NCBI RefSeq assembly: GCF_009914755.1
Contig: NC_060932.1
Length of the DNA: 64,000 nt
Direction: 5' to 3' (one strand)
Source of the DNA: the human T2T-CHM13v2.0 reference genome, Homo sapiens
Made by a program: the position numbers and the translations under genes. Below, piece after piece: positions 13,488 through 29,229 of this stretch. The notes under the pieces are model-generated. The model was given only the letters and a program-made list of their open reading frames with translations, was not told where the DNA came from and made no database searches. Position 1 is the first letter of the stretch; every line of letters starts with the position of its first letter.

Positions 13488-16400
13488 TTTTTTGTCTTTT
13501 TGAGAGTAGTCATTCTAATTGGAGTGAGATGGTATCTCATTGTGCTTTTAATTTGCATTTCCCTGATGATTAGTGATGTTGAACAATTTTTTCATATACC
13601 TGTTGGCCATTTGTATATCTTTGTTTGAGAGGTGTCTGTTTAGCTCATTTGCCCATTTTAAAATCAGATAATCTGAGTTTTTTGTTTTGTTTTGTTTCTT
13701 GCTGTTGAGTTGTTCGAGTTCTTTGTATATTTTAGATGTTAACCTCTTGTCAAATGAATAGTTTGCAAATATTTTCTCCCATTCAACAGATTGTCTCTTC
13801 ACTTTGTTGATTGTTGTCTTTGCTGTGCAGAAGCTTTTTAGTTTAATATAGTCCCATTTGTCTATTTATGTTTCCACTGCTTGTGCTTTTGAGGTCTTAA
13901 CCACAAACTCTTTGCCAAGACCAATGTCCTGGAGCATTGCTTCTATGTTTTCTTCTAGTAGTTTTATAGTTTTGTGTCTTATGTTTATGTCTTTAATTCA
14001 TTTTGCATTGATTTTTGTATATGGTGAGAGATATGGGTCTGGTTTCATTCTGCATATGGATATCCAGCTTTCCCAGCACCATTTATTGAAGAGACTGTTC
14101 CTTCCTCAGTGAATGTTCTTGGCAACTTTGTCAAAAATCAGTTGGCTGTAAATATGTGGATTTATTTCTGGGTTCTCTATTCTGCTCCATTGGTCTATGT
14201 GTCTGTTTTTTATACCAGTACCATGCTGTTTTGGTTGTTATAGCTTTGTAGTATATTTTGAAGTCTTTAATGTGATACTTCCAGCTTTGTTCTTTTTTTC
14301 TCAGGATTGCTTTGGCTATTTGGGTTTTTTCTGGTTCCGTATGAATTTTCTGATTGTTTTTCCTATTTCTGTGAAGACTGTAATTGATGTTTTGATAGGG
14401 ATTGCATTGAATCTGTTCATCACTTTTGGTAGTATAGTCATTTTCACAATATCAATTCCTTCAATCCACGAGCATGGAATGATGTCATTCCATTTTTGTG
14501 TGTGTGTATGTGTGTCCTCTTCAATTTCTTTCATCAATGTTTTATAGTTTTCCTTGTAGCAATTGTTTACCTTCTTGGTTATATTTATTCCTACATATTT
14601 TTAACTTTTTTTGTAGCTATTGTAAATAGAATTGCTTTCTTGATTCCTTTCCCACTAGTTTGTTGTTGGTGTATAGAAAAATTACTGATTTTTGTATGTT
14701 GATTTTGTATCTTGCAACTTAATTTGTCAGTTCTAAGGGATTTTTGGTGGAGCATTTACAATTTTTTGAAAACTATAAGATGATGTCATCTGCAACCAAG
14801 GAAAATTTGATTTCCTCTTTTCCAATTTGGATACACTTTATTTCTTTCTCTTGCCTAATTGTTCTGGTTAGGATATTCAGTACCATGTTGAATAAAAGTG
14901 GTTAAAGTGGATATCTTTGTCTTGTTCTAGTCTTTAGAGGAAAACCTTTCAACTTTTCCCATTCAGTATAATGTTTGCTGTGGGTTTTTCACATATGGCA
15001 TTTATTATTTTGAAGTATGTTCCTTCTATACATAACTTGTTAAGATATTTTATGAAGGGATGTTACATTTTATCAAATGTTTTTTTCTGCATCTGTTGTT
15101 ATGAGTGTATTTTTTTTGTCCTTTATCCTGTTGATGTGATGTATCACTTATAGATTTTAGTATGTTGAACCATCCTTGCATCCATGGGATAAATCCCACT
15201 TGAATACAGTGAATGATCTTTTTAATGTACTGCTGGGTTCAGTTTGCTAGTATTTTGTTGAGGATTTTTACATTTTTATTCATCAGGGATATTGGTCTAT
15301 AGTTTTCTTTTTGTTGTGACTTTGTTTGGTTTTGGCATAAGTTTAATGCTAGCCTGATTAAATGAGTTTAGAAGAATTTCCTCCTTTTAAATTTTCTGGA
15401 AGAGTTTGAGAAAAATTGGTATTAGTTCTTTAGATGTTCAGTAGAATTCTGCAGTGAAGAGATGATGGGAGACTTTCTATTACAGATTCAATCTCATTAC
15501 TCATAACTGGTATGTGCAGGTTTTCTATTTCTTCTTGGTTCAGCCTTGGTGGGTTGTATGTGTCTAGGAATTTATCCATTTCTGTTAGGCTTTCTAATTT
15601 GTTGAAGTATAGTTGTAATAATCTCTAATGATCCTTTGTATTTCTTAGGTATCAGTTGAAACATCTCATTTTTTATTTCTGAATTTATTTGAGTCTTTTC
15701 TCCTTTTTTTCTTGGTTAGCCTAGCTAATGGTTTGTTGATTTATCTTTTTAAAAATCAATGTTTTATTTTGTTGATCTTTTTTATTTCTTGTCTCAATTT
15801 TACTTCTGCTCTGATCTTTATTATTTCTTTCTTTCTACTAAGTTTGGGTTTGGTTTTTCTTGCTTTTTTTAGTTCCTTCGATGAATCATTAGGTTATTTA
15901 CTTGAAATCTTTCTACCTTTGTGATACAGGCAGTTATTGCTATTACCTTTCTTCTTAATAGTGGTTTTGCTGTATTACATAGGTTTTGGTATGTTATGTT
16001 TCTATTTTCATTTGTTTCAAATAGTTTTTAAATTTTCTTCTTTGTTTATTCACTGACCTATTGGTAATTCAGGAGCATGTTGTTTAATTACCATGTATTT
16101 GTACATTTTTGAAAGTTCCTCTTGTTATTGATTTCTAGTTTTATTCTATTGTGATCTGAAAAGATACTTGATATGATTTAAAATTTTAAAAATTTGTTGA
16201 GACTTGTTCTGTGGGCCTAATATGTGGTCTATCCTGGACAATGTTCCATGTGCTGGTGAAAAGAATGTCTACTCTGCAGCTATTGGGTGAAACGTCCTGT
16301 AAATGTCTGTGAGGTCCATTTGGTCTACAGTCCAGTTTAAATTCGATCTGCCTTTGTTGATTTTCTGTGTAGATGCTCTATTCAATGCTGACAGTGGGGT

Positions 16401-16511
16401 GTTGAAGTCCCCAACTCTTATTGTATTAGAATGTATCTCTTCCTTTAGACCTAATAATATTTGTTGATATATCTGGGTGTTCCGATATTGAATGCACATG
16501 TATATTTACAA

Positions 16512-16819
16512 TTTTTGTTTTGTTTTGTTTTGTGTTTTAGATAGGGTCTCACTTTGTCTCCCAGGCTGGAGTGCAGTGGCATAATCAGAGCTCACTGCAA
16601 CCACCTCACAGGCTTAAGTGATCCTCTCATTTTGGCCTCCTGAGTAGCTGGAACTGCAGGCATGTGCCAACATGCCCAGCTAATTTTTTGTATTTTTTAG
16701 TAGAGACAAGGTTTTGCCATGTTGCCCAGGCTGGTCTTGAACTCCTGAGCTCTGAGAGATCTGTCTGCCTCAGCCTTCCAAAGTGCTGGGATTACAGGTG
16801 TGAGCCACTGTGCCTGGCC
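16512..16819 (-). mobile_element. AluJ-type SINE
   Basis: Antisense Alu; TSD TACAATT. Confidence 0.92.
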
Positions 16820-17895
16820 TACAATTGTTATATTCTCTTGTGAATTGAAAGCTTTATCATTACATAATGACTTTCTTTGTCTCTTTTTACCGTTTTTGAC
16901 TTAAAGTCTGTCTTATCTAACATAAGTATAGCTATGCCTGTGTGCTTTTGATTCTAATTTGAATGGAATATCACTTCATTTTCAGTCTGTATGTGTGTTT
17001 ACAGTGAAGTGAGTTTCTTGTAGGCAGCATATATTTGGGTCATGATTTTTTAAATGCATTCAGACAGGCTGTATCTTTAATAATTTAATCTGTTTACATT
17101 CAAAGTTATTTTTGACAGGTGAGGACATACTCTTGTTATTTTGTTAATTGTTTTCTGGTCAGTCATTTTGTATATTCTTCTTGTCTCTTGTTATTATTGT
17201 GGTTTGGTGGTTTTCTGTAGTGATACGTTTTGATTCTTTTCTCTTTCTCTTTTGTGTATCTTGTGTGTCTTCTCTACCAGTAAGTGCTATACCTCTGTGT
17301 GTTTTCATAATAGTGATTATTGTCTTTTTGCTTCCAGATGTAGGACACTTTGAACATTTCTTGTAAGGTTAGTCTAGTGGTGATAAATTCCCTCACTTTT
17401 TTGATTGCCTAGGAAAGACTTTATTTCTCCTTCCTTTCTGAAGGATAGTTTTGCTTTGCATAGTATTCTTGGCTGGCATTTTTTTAAATTGAATTTCAGC
17501 AATTTGAATATATCATGTCATTCTCTCCTGGCCTATAAGGTTTTTGCAGAGAAATCTGCATTAGTCTGATGAAGATTCCCCTTATATGTTTCCTGGCACT
17601 TTTTTCTTGCTATTTTTAGAACTCTCCCTTTGTCTTTGACTTTTGACAATTTGACTGTAATGTGCCTCATTAAAGGAGGATCTTTTTGGGTTGCATCTAT
17701 ATGGAGACTTTTGAGCTTCCTGGATCTGAATGTTTGTATATTTCCTTAGACTTGGGAATTTTCAGCTATTATTTCATTACATATGTTTTCTATGCCTGTT
17801 CCCTTCTCTTCTCCTTCTGGAGTTTCCATACTATAAAAATTGTCCCATGAATCTTGTAATGGTGTCCCATGAATCTTGTAGGTTTCATTGGCTCT

Positions 17896-18110
17896 ATTTT
17901 TTTCCTTTCTGACTTTTATTTTAGGCTCAGTGGGTACATGTGCAGGTTTGTTGTATGGTAAATTGCATGTTGTAGGGGTTTAGTGTATAGATTATTCTGT
18001 CACTCAGATAATGAACATAGTAACCAGTAGGTAGTTTTTTGATCCCCACCTTCCTGATACCTTCCACTGTCAAATAGACTCCAGTGTCTATTGTTTCCTT
18101 CTTTGTGTTC
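17896..18110 (-). mobile_element. L1PA/L1PB-like 3' end fragment
   Basis: gggtacatgtgcaggtttgtt..gaacatagta is younger-L1 3' UTR text. Confidence 0.75.
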
Positions 18111-19552
18111 TACTCACTCTTTTTCATTCTTATTTATTTGCTCTCTGACTGGGTAATTTCAAACAACCCATCTTCAAGTTCAGAAATTCTTCTGCTTGAT
18201 CAAGTCTGCTGAGCTTCAGCAGCAGACTTGCTGTTGAGCTATTGTATTTTTAATTGTATTAATTGAGTTCTTCAACCACAGGATTTCTGTTTTGTTCTTT
18301 TTCATAATTTCTATCTCTTTGTTTTACATCTCATTCGTATCATAAGTTGTTTTTCTAATTTTGTTGAATTGTCTATCTGTATTTTTTGTATTTCATTGAG
18401 TTTCCTTAAGATCATTATTTTGAATTCATTTTCCTGCAATGTATTGATTTTCTTTTCACTGGACTCTGTTACTAGAGTTATTATGTACCTTTGGTGGTAT
18501 GATATTTCCTTACTTTTTCATGTTTCTTCTGTCCCTGTATTTATGTCTATGCATCTGATAGAACAATTGCCTCTTCCAAATGTTTTAGAGTGACTTTCAT
18601 AGAGAAAGACTTTCATCTGCAGTTGGATTTTAGAGTGCCAGTTGTGATGAGTGTGGTGACCCTATTTCTGGATAGGTGCATTAGCATACTCTTTATGCAG
18701 CTTCTTCTGTTGTGTTCAATGTCAGTAATAACTGTGGACATCTCAGTGGCCTAGGCTGTAAAAATTTGTGACGGGGCAATAGTGGCATTGGTTGTTAATA
18801 TCCTCAGTATAAAGGGCTTTTGTGGTCCTCCTGTTGTTTTCTTCTCAATGAGGGGACTTAGCTGAGGGGATCTCTCTTGGTGTTGGGTCTGACATAGCCT
18901 ACAAGCATCTGCAGTGGCACTGGATTACAGGTGCAAGTGCTTTAAGCAGTTGTGGGGTTGTGGTCTTAGGTTCACAGTCTCATGAACTTATCATGGCACC
19001 TGGGTCTTGGGGTGCAGGTTTGCTCTTTGTGGCAGGGTTAGATGTAGGTTGCCCACAGAGCCAGGATCTGTGACTCTATGGCACCCGCTAGTAGCTCAGG
19101 CCCAGGGGCGGAATTGTTGCTGAGATTATACCCCTGGGGGGAGGGCACAACCCTGGCCTGAGTTTGGGGAGGAAGGAATGCTTTAGAGGTTTGAGCCTGG
19201 GAAGCAGGGTATGGCTGCAATTTGGGAAGCTGAGCCAGTAGGGCTCAGTGATAACTCAGGTCCCATTGGATGAGGTACTATGTAGTAGTGACTCTAGGCC
19301 TTGAGATGGTCAGGGTTGGGAGTATCTCAGACTCAGTGAGGGCAAGTGCAGTGGCAGTAAGTACCCCAGAATGGCAGAGCACAGCTATCATTTGGGCCCT
19401 GAGGAGTAGGGCAGAAGAAAGCACAGTGATGAGTCTACTCCCCAGGAAGAGGGGTGTTTCAGCAGCTAAGACTTTAGTAGGCTAGTCCAGCTCCGGGGAA
19501 GCAGAATACTAGATCCGTTTGGCCTGTAGGGCTGAGTGTCTCAGCTCAGCCA

Positions 19553-19900
19553 TTGCTCCATTTCTCTGGGACACCGGATACTATTTCAGCTCAACCTTGG
19601 GATGTGGAGCTGCTCAGCTCATCCAGGGCACCAGTTCCTTAGGGGGCAATGTGCTACTTCAGCTCAGGCCTGGAAAGGCAGGACTGTTCTGGGTGGCCCA
19701 GGAACCATTTCCCTGGAATGCAGGATGCCCTGCGGCTTAGGTACTGGTGTGTGTGTGACTGCTCTGGGTGGTCAGGGCACCACTTTCTAGGATGCAGGGT
19801 GCTGCTTCAACTTAGGTACCAGAGAAGTATGAGTGCCATACATGTACAAGGTAGTCTTTTCCCAGGAGACAGGGTACCACTTCAGCTCTGACCTGAGGGG
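19553..19900. repeat. Degenerate ~74-bp tandem array in the L1 5' region
   Basis: Units start near 19553, 19627, 19701, 19776 and 19850, each GGCACCA.TT..C.AGG/GG...CTTCAGCTC-like. Confidence 0.6.
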
Positions 19901-20561
19901 CTGGGGAGGAGTAGGTGGAGGACCTTTGCCTCTGCTTGGTTCCGTAGGGAAGGGTGTAATAGCTGCTCACAGCTGAGCTTGGGGATGTTGGGCCACTGGG
20001 CTGGAGTAGCTCAGTGGTGGCTTAGCCTCAAGGATGAAGGTGAGCCAAGGGTACTCACTTCCTGGACAAGACATTCTCCATCCATAGTTTCAAATCCAAG
20101 ATGGCACAGCACAGTAGTTTTGCAGGCCCCAGGAGGTGGAGCACAGTGTTGGTGCCTTCTCTAGTGGGACCACAGCTATGTGGTCTCCAGGCAGTTCCCT
20201 CACTGGGCTTAGTTCCTGTGAGGACTGCAGGGGACCCCAGCGGTGAGGCCTGTAGGTGTCCAAGGTGTTCATGCAGGTTGCTGGGATCCTCTTTCTTACC
20301 TCATTGCCAAAGGAGAAGGTCTCTCCTCATTCCCAGCCCATCCTGGTTAGGGAATGGGATGGTGGAGGCTCAGTGTTTCCTTTGGTTCTCTATGTGGCCA
20401 TTCCAATTTTCTGTGCTCACCCGGATTTCTGTTACTCCTCTGATGCACAATGACACTCTCCTTCAGTTATTTTTATTGCAATGTTATCATTTATTCATTG
20501 TTCTGGATGTTTTTGTGAGGGGGACAAGCACTAAAGGCTTCTGGTCAGCCATCTTGCTCCA

Positions 20562-21370
<809 letters not shown>

Positions 21371-21400
21371 CTTTTAAAGATAGTGACGAATTACATATGA

Positions 21401-21757
<357 letters not shown>

Positions 21758-22204
21758 CGTCTTACCCATTTCTAAATGTACAGTTCACTGGCATTAAGTA
21801 TACTTAGTTGTGAACCATTACAACATCCATCTCCAGAAGTCCTTTCATCCTGCAAAACTGAAACTCTGTACCCATTAAACAATAATTTCCCACTTTCCCC
21901 TATCCCCAGTCCCTGGCAACCACCATTCTACTTTCTATCTCTATGAATTTGACTACTCCAGGTACCTCATATAAGTGGCATCATCCACTGTTTGTCCTTT
22001 TGTGACTGGCTTATTTCACTTAGCATAATGTCCTCAAAATTCATCCATGTTATAGCAAGTATCAGCCTTTCCTTCCTCTTTATGGCTGAAGAATATTCCT
22101 TTGCATGTATAGACCACTTTTTCTATGTCCATTTATCCATCAATGGACACTTGTGTTGCTCCCACCTTTTGGATATTAGCACAGTGTTTTCAGTCACAAA
22201 AACC

Positions 22205-22640
22205 TGATTTTGAGAACTGTTTCTGTACTTGTGAGCTTTTGGACTTTGGGTAACTTAATTTGTGTAATCCTCAGTTTCCTCATCCTTAATAGGGGGATAA
22301 TGATATTGCCTTCATTGTAGAGTTATTGAGTTAAATGACTATATTCAAAGCACTTAACACATAGTGCCTCTGTAACCATTTGTTACCATCAGCACAGTGG
22401 TGCTGGAGAGTTTGTTTTTAGAATCAAATAGCCCTGTGTTCATCTAGTATGTGACTAAGGGAAGTTATTTGAGTTACAGTTTCCTTATTTAAAAAATGGA
22501 AATAATAACACACTATTTTATTTGACAAATGTTTATTGATATCTACTCTCAATATCTGCATTATTCTATGAGATGGGATACAGGTGAACAAAACAGAAAA
22601 AGTAATCCATGCCCTCGTAGAACTTACATTCTAGTGGTGT
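22205..22640. mobile_element. MIR, MIR and L2 fragments
   Basis: cctcagtttcctcatc and cagtttccttatttaaaaaatgg MIR cores; atttgacaaatgtttattga L2 tail. Confidence 0.6.
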
Positions 22641-22699
22641 GAGAACTGAAACAGAAATAATTCTCAATTGATGTATTAAACAATACTAGGAAATGGTGC

Positions 22700-23000
22700 T
22701 TGTTTATCAAGACTAACAGTTTACGTATCAAATCCTACAAGACCCTCACCTCAATCCTCCCACCAATTCAAAGCTGGTATGTCATACATCATCTGATTCC
22801 AGCCAATTCTCCTCCTTACAAGATCATCCTTGGCATCACCTAGTTGAAGCCTTAAATCCCCACAAAGACTCTGCTCTAACTTCTCATTTTGAAACACTAC
22901 TAAGATTCTGTCAAAGTGGTCTGCTTCTTTATTGCAGGAAATCTCATAAACCCAGTTTTGATTGACTAACAGGTTTTTCTGGTGATTGGGTAGTCAACAA
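22700..23000 (+). mobile_element. Probable old LTR fragment (family uncertain)
   Basis: LTR-like U3/R text ending ...gtagtcaaca. Confidence 0.35.
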
Positions 23001-23011
23001 CAATAAACAAG

Positions 23012-23365
23012 TGTGTTAGTCTGTTTTCACGCTGCTGATAAAGACATACTCGAAACTGGGCAATTTGCAAAAGAAAGAGGTTTATTGGACTTACAGTTCC
23101 ACATGGCTGGGGAGGCCTCACAATCATGGCAGAAGGCAAGGAGAAGCAAGTCACATCTTACATGGATGGCAGCAGGCAAAAAGAAAGCTTGTACAGGGAA
23201 ACACCCCCTTATAGAACCCTCAGATCTCATGAGACTTATTCACTCTCATGAGAACAGCATGGGAAAGACCTGCCCCCATGATTCAATTACCTCCCCCTGG
23301 GTCCCTCCCACAACACATGGGAATTCAAGATGAGATTTGGGTGAAGACACAGCCAAACCGTATCA
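23012..23365 (-). mobile_element. THE1 MaLR solo LTR
   Basis: tgtgttagtctgttttcacgctgctgataaagacatac..cagccaaaccgtatca; TSD ACAAG. Confidence 0.92.
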
Positions 23366-23596
23366 ACAAGATACATAAATTATAGAGTTGTGATAACAAG
23401 ATGAAGGGAGAGGGCTCATGGGAAGGAGGCTTTGCAGGGCAGATTGTTTTATTTATTTGACTTTACTCTGAGTAAGGATGAGAAGCAATTGGAAGCCTTG
23501 AGCCAGAGAAGTGGCATGATCTGCTTTATCATTTAGCAGGATGACTCTGGCATCCACATTGATAAATGACTGAAGAGAGCAAAGGTGAGGAACCAG

Positions 23597-23915
23597 GAGG
23601 TGGACATGGTGGTTCATTCTCATAATCCCAGCACTTTGGGAGGCTGAGGCAAGTGGATCACTTGAGCTTAGGAGTTCGAGACCAGTCTGGGCAACATGGT
23701 GAAAACCCACCTCCACAAATAATACAAAAATTAGCTGGGCATGGTGGCACAAGCCTGTAGTCCCAGCTACTTGGGAGGCTGAGGTGGGATGATCACCTGA
23801 GCCCAGGGAGGTTGTGGCTGCAGTGAACCATGATCATGCCGCTGCACTCCAGCCTGGGTGACAGAGTGTAACCCTGTCTCAAAACCAAACCAAAGTAAAC
23901 TAAACTAAACTAAAC
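23597..23915 (+). mobile_element. AluJ-type SINE within an L2 relic
   Basis: Alu dimer with (TAAAC)n tail. Confidence 0.9.
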
Positions 23916-24268
23916 TGAAGGTGGGAGCCAGGGACCATTTAGGAGGCTCAGACTGGGGTGGTAGGGATGGATCTGGGGAGAGGTGGTCGGACTCTCTTAC
24001 CTATTTTGAAATGGGAACCAATGGAATTTGTCGATGGATCAGATGGGAGTGTGTGAGGAAGCAGCTCACCTATCCTACAGGATGTCATGAGCTTTCAACA
24101 TCACGATGTTTGTAATCTGTCAGTGCTCAGTAAACAGCAGCAATTTGAAGATTCTTACATGTTTCTTCTCTGCCTAGATCTGGGTGTTCCCACCTCTGTC
24201 ACTTGCTAAACTGCCAAAGATGCCTCTTTCCCCAGGGGCACCTTCCTGATGCTCTCACTCAAGCTTAG

Positions 24269-24788
<520 letters not shown>

Positions 24789-24865
24789 TTAACATCTTAA
24801 TAATCTGTAATGAGGAAAAAAGGGTAGTTCCTTTATCTCAAGCATGAAGTTTGGGTTCCACTCAC

Positions 24866-25078
24866 AGAGGCTCTATGCCTGTAATCCCAGCACTTTGGGA
24901 GGCCAAGGTGGGCAGATCACGAGGTCAGGAGATCGAGACCATCCTGGCTAACACGGTGAAACCCCATCTCTACTAAAAATACAGAAAAATTAGCCAGCCA
25001 TGGTGGCGGGCACCTGCAGTCCTAGCTACTTGGGAGGCTGAGGCAGGAGAATGGCATGAACCCGGGAGGCGGAGTTTG
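24866..25078 (+). mobile_element. AluY-like fragment, truncated at both ends
   Basis: gagatcgagaccatcctggctaacacgg and gaatggcatgaacc diagnostics; no tail or TSD. Confidence 0.85.
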
Positions 25079-25542
<464 letters not shown>

Positions 25543-25662
25543 GCTGGAGAGGCAGTAGGGGTTAGGAAGGCGCTGTGGGACGTGGGATTAGGTAAGCATG
25601 GCATTTTTCTGAGTGTTATATGAGGTGTTTTGAAGAGAAAGTCTTAAAGGCACCAAGGTGGG

Positions 25663-26271
<609 letters not shown>

Positions 26272-26329
26272 GTGGGTACCCAGCCCCCATTCAGATCATG
26301 TTGCCTGGGGTAGGAGCTCGGTGCTGAGA

Positions 26330-26490
26330 GACGAACAGGTCAGGTTTGGATTTGGGCTCTTCTAATTAGCTGTGTGATCTTGAGCTAATCACTTAACTTC
26401 TCTGAACCTCAGCTTCTCCACCTCTACAATCAGTCCATATTTCTTATCTCACAGGGAGATGGAGGGACTAATCTGAGATGCATATAAAAA
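26330..26490 (+). mobile_element. MIR
   Basis: tagctgtgtgatcttgag..acttaacttctctgaacctcag core. Confidence 0.7.
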
Positions 26491-27821
26491 CCTTGAAGAC
26501 AATTCTCAGTAAACTTTAGGTTTCCTCCCTTTAGCAAACTAATTGGAATTCAGGAAGCAGCAACTGGCACTGTAGTTAGAATGCGGTTCTGTTCATTGAC
26601 TTCGGGCAGCTGCAGGGCTCGAGGGTGACATTACACAGAGTCTGTCTATGATTTTTCTAAGTTTCAGTGGCTGCACACCCTTATCCCACATAAGATTAGA
26701 TTTTCACGCAGACATTGGGCAAGAGTCCCAGGCCTCACAGATATTCTTGGGTCAACCAGGAACTCTCCATTGCTGTCGAGTACGAGGGAAAGTGCCGAGT
26801 CATGGATTTGTTTCCTTCAGATTTTGTGTGGTTCTTATCATGTTCTTCAGGAAACATTAGCACACCCAGCTATTAATAATGATGATGGAATGAAATTTCT
26901 GACTAAATCCGGGGTGGAGGTGAGGGTCACCTGCCTGCCTGGCTAACCTATACTTCTATCTATCCAGGAAGGAAGGGAGCTATCTGGAGGCAGGCTAAGG
27001 AGATAGGAATGTCCAACATGCTGGGAATCCCTCGACTTCACGCAACAGGGTAACCCAAGCCTCCCGAAGGTCAGGCTTGGGCGGGAGGGGTCAGTGTTGT
27101 CATTGGCACATTTTCCCAACCAAGTCCAAAATCCCTTAGTAGGCAAAGAGTTGAGATAGGGAAACAGTACCTGGGGCCGCACTGAGAGTGAGATGATGGT
27201 CCTCATCCCCGCGCAGATGGGAATCTTTGTTTAGATTAACAGAGGACTGTACATACACCCTCAAAACAGATTAGATATTTTCCCTGGGAACTTGCTGTAA
27301 TTCTTACTCCCCTTGCCCCTCTTTTCCATGAAAGCATGAGGTTACACTGATGAACGCTCCTCCCTTCCTGCACTCCTTCTTGGGCCCTTGCCGCTGCTAT
27401 GTCCCTTCAATTGCCCTAACAGTGTTGATGAGCAGAAATAGTGTCAGATCATGATGTCAGCAATAATGTCAGATTTCTGTTGGGTGCCTAGGACCTTCCA
27501 AGATTTATGGCTACCAGTAAATCACAAGAGAGACTTTCCTCCCAGAAGGTGAAGGACAGCTATGGTCATGCCTCTCACTGAGTAGTCTCTTTTAGACAAT
27601 TGCCGGCATTACTGGGTGCAGAAGCTCATTTGTTTCCCCACAACCTGCGTGGAAAACTTCACTCAAGTGCTGGAATATATGCTATGCTCCCATTGCCCAT
27701 CAAATCCAGACCTAACTGACATAAGGGAATGTTCATTTCAACTATTATTGGTCCTTTCCCCTTATAGCATTCATCCTTGAGAAGTTTCCACAACAGAATT
27801 AAATTTCTGACATTTAAATCA

Positions 27822-27835
27822 GGTTAATGATTAAC
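27822..27835. promoter_or_regulatory. Perfect HNF1A/HNF1B consensus site
   Basis: GGTTAATGATTAAC matches the GTTAATNATTAAC palindrome, in apparently unique sequence. Confidence 0.45.
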
Positions 27836-27983
27836 TTAAGGAACCCAGAAAAAATTTCTGTTGCAATCTGTTATTGGAAATAGAGGAGTAACGCACTGCA
27901 GCTGACTGGAGCCATGAACTTGGGCAAGTCCTCAACATCTACAAGTGCACCGGCAATACAGAACCACAGGTCACAGGTGGCTT

Positions 27984-28288
27984 CTTCTTTTTTTTTTTTT
28001 TTTTTGAGACGGAGTGTCACTCTGTTGTCCAGGCTGGAGTGCGGTGGCACAATCTTGGCTCACAGCAACCTCTGCCTCCTGCATTCAAGTGACTTTCCTG
28101 CCTCAGCCTCCCAAGTAGCTGGGACTACAGAGGCCCACCACCACACCCAGATAATTTTTACACTTTTTAGTAGAGATGTGGTTTTGCCATGTTGGCTGGG
28201 TTGGCCTTGAACTCCTGACCTCAGGTGATCCACCTGCCTCAGCCTCCCAGAGTGCTGGGATTATAGGTGTGAACCACCACGCCTGGCC
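27984..28288 (-). mobile_element. AluS-type SINE
   Basis: TSD ACAGGTGGCTTCTT. Confidence 0.95.
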
Positions 28289-28302
28289 CACAGGTGGCTT
28301 CT

Positions 28303-28435
28303 TAAATTAAAACTTAAATTAGTTAAAATTAAAAATTCAGTTCCTTAATTGTACTAGTCACAGTCAAGTGCCCAAAAGCTACATGTGGCTGTGGCTACGG
28401 CATAGAGCAAGCAGATAGAGAATGTTTCCATCAGC
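28303..28435. mobile_element. MER3/MER33-like hAT relic
   Basis: aaaaattcagttcct..ctagtcaca..caagtgc..gctacatgtggct. Confidence 0.6.
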
Positions 28436-28905
28436 GCCTATTTCATCATCTGAGAGGGGAGTGACAGGCACCTCAGATGTCGCATGAGATGGTGCATGTA
28501 CAGACACTTTGCATATTATGAAGTGCAACACAAGCCTTGTTGTCAGCCTTGACTTGTCATTTGGATGGATGCAAAGTGGATTCCAGGTTCCTAATGAAAA
28601 GCTTTATGAAATAATCTGAATCTTTTGGTGTATCTGTTGAATGGTTTTCTAAGTCAGCCCTATTTTTTTTTCCATTATAATCAGCAGTGCTGAGAACCCA
28701 CCTTTTCTGGGCAGAAAGAGGGTAAAAGTCTTGTCCACTCTAACTCCTGGATTCCCACTGTCCTCAATCAATCAACACCTCCTCCTGGATAAGCTCAGGG
28801 ACTCCTTTTTATCCCGACTCTCGGTCTCCAGTTCTACAGCAGCATAGTACCTTTGGGAGGGCATAAAGCTATCTTTCCTCTGCCCCTGCTGTCATACATA
28901 GACGT

Positions 28906-29149
28906 TGTCCCCTTCTCTCCACATCCCAGCCGTGGCTGCCCTCTCAGACCCTCCATTCTGATGATGGGCCACATGAAGATGTTAAGGACCCTTGGCAAAC
29001 TCTAGGGTTTCTTTACAATTAGTAATCCTTTCTGATGATCTGAAAGTGTGTTAGCACACTTCTCCCAATGCTCAACATCATGAAAGGCTGTGTTCTCTCC
29101 TGCTCCAAACAGCAGGATCTCCTTTCCCCCACTTAACACCCCTCCATCA
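28906..29149 (+). repeat. Direct duplication, copy A (244 bp)
   Basis: About 13 substitutions and no indels versus 31412-31655, counted by eye. Confidence 0.95.
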
Positions 29150-29229
29150 CTATCACAAGTTCCTGCTCCCCGCACACTTGTCTTGGGAATCAAGCAGTGG
29201 AGATGTATGCCGGAAGAGAAGGAGCTTGG

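Noticed and set aside
17841-17880. Short direct duplications (also near 34150-34180, 48054-48082 and 48739-48800)
   Set aside because: Ordinary slippage duplications of 13-18 bp with no functional signal
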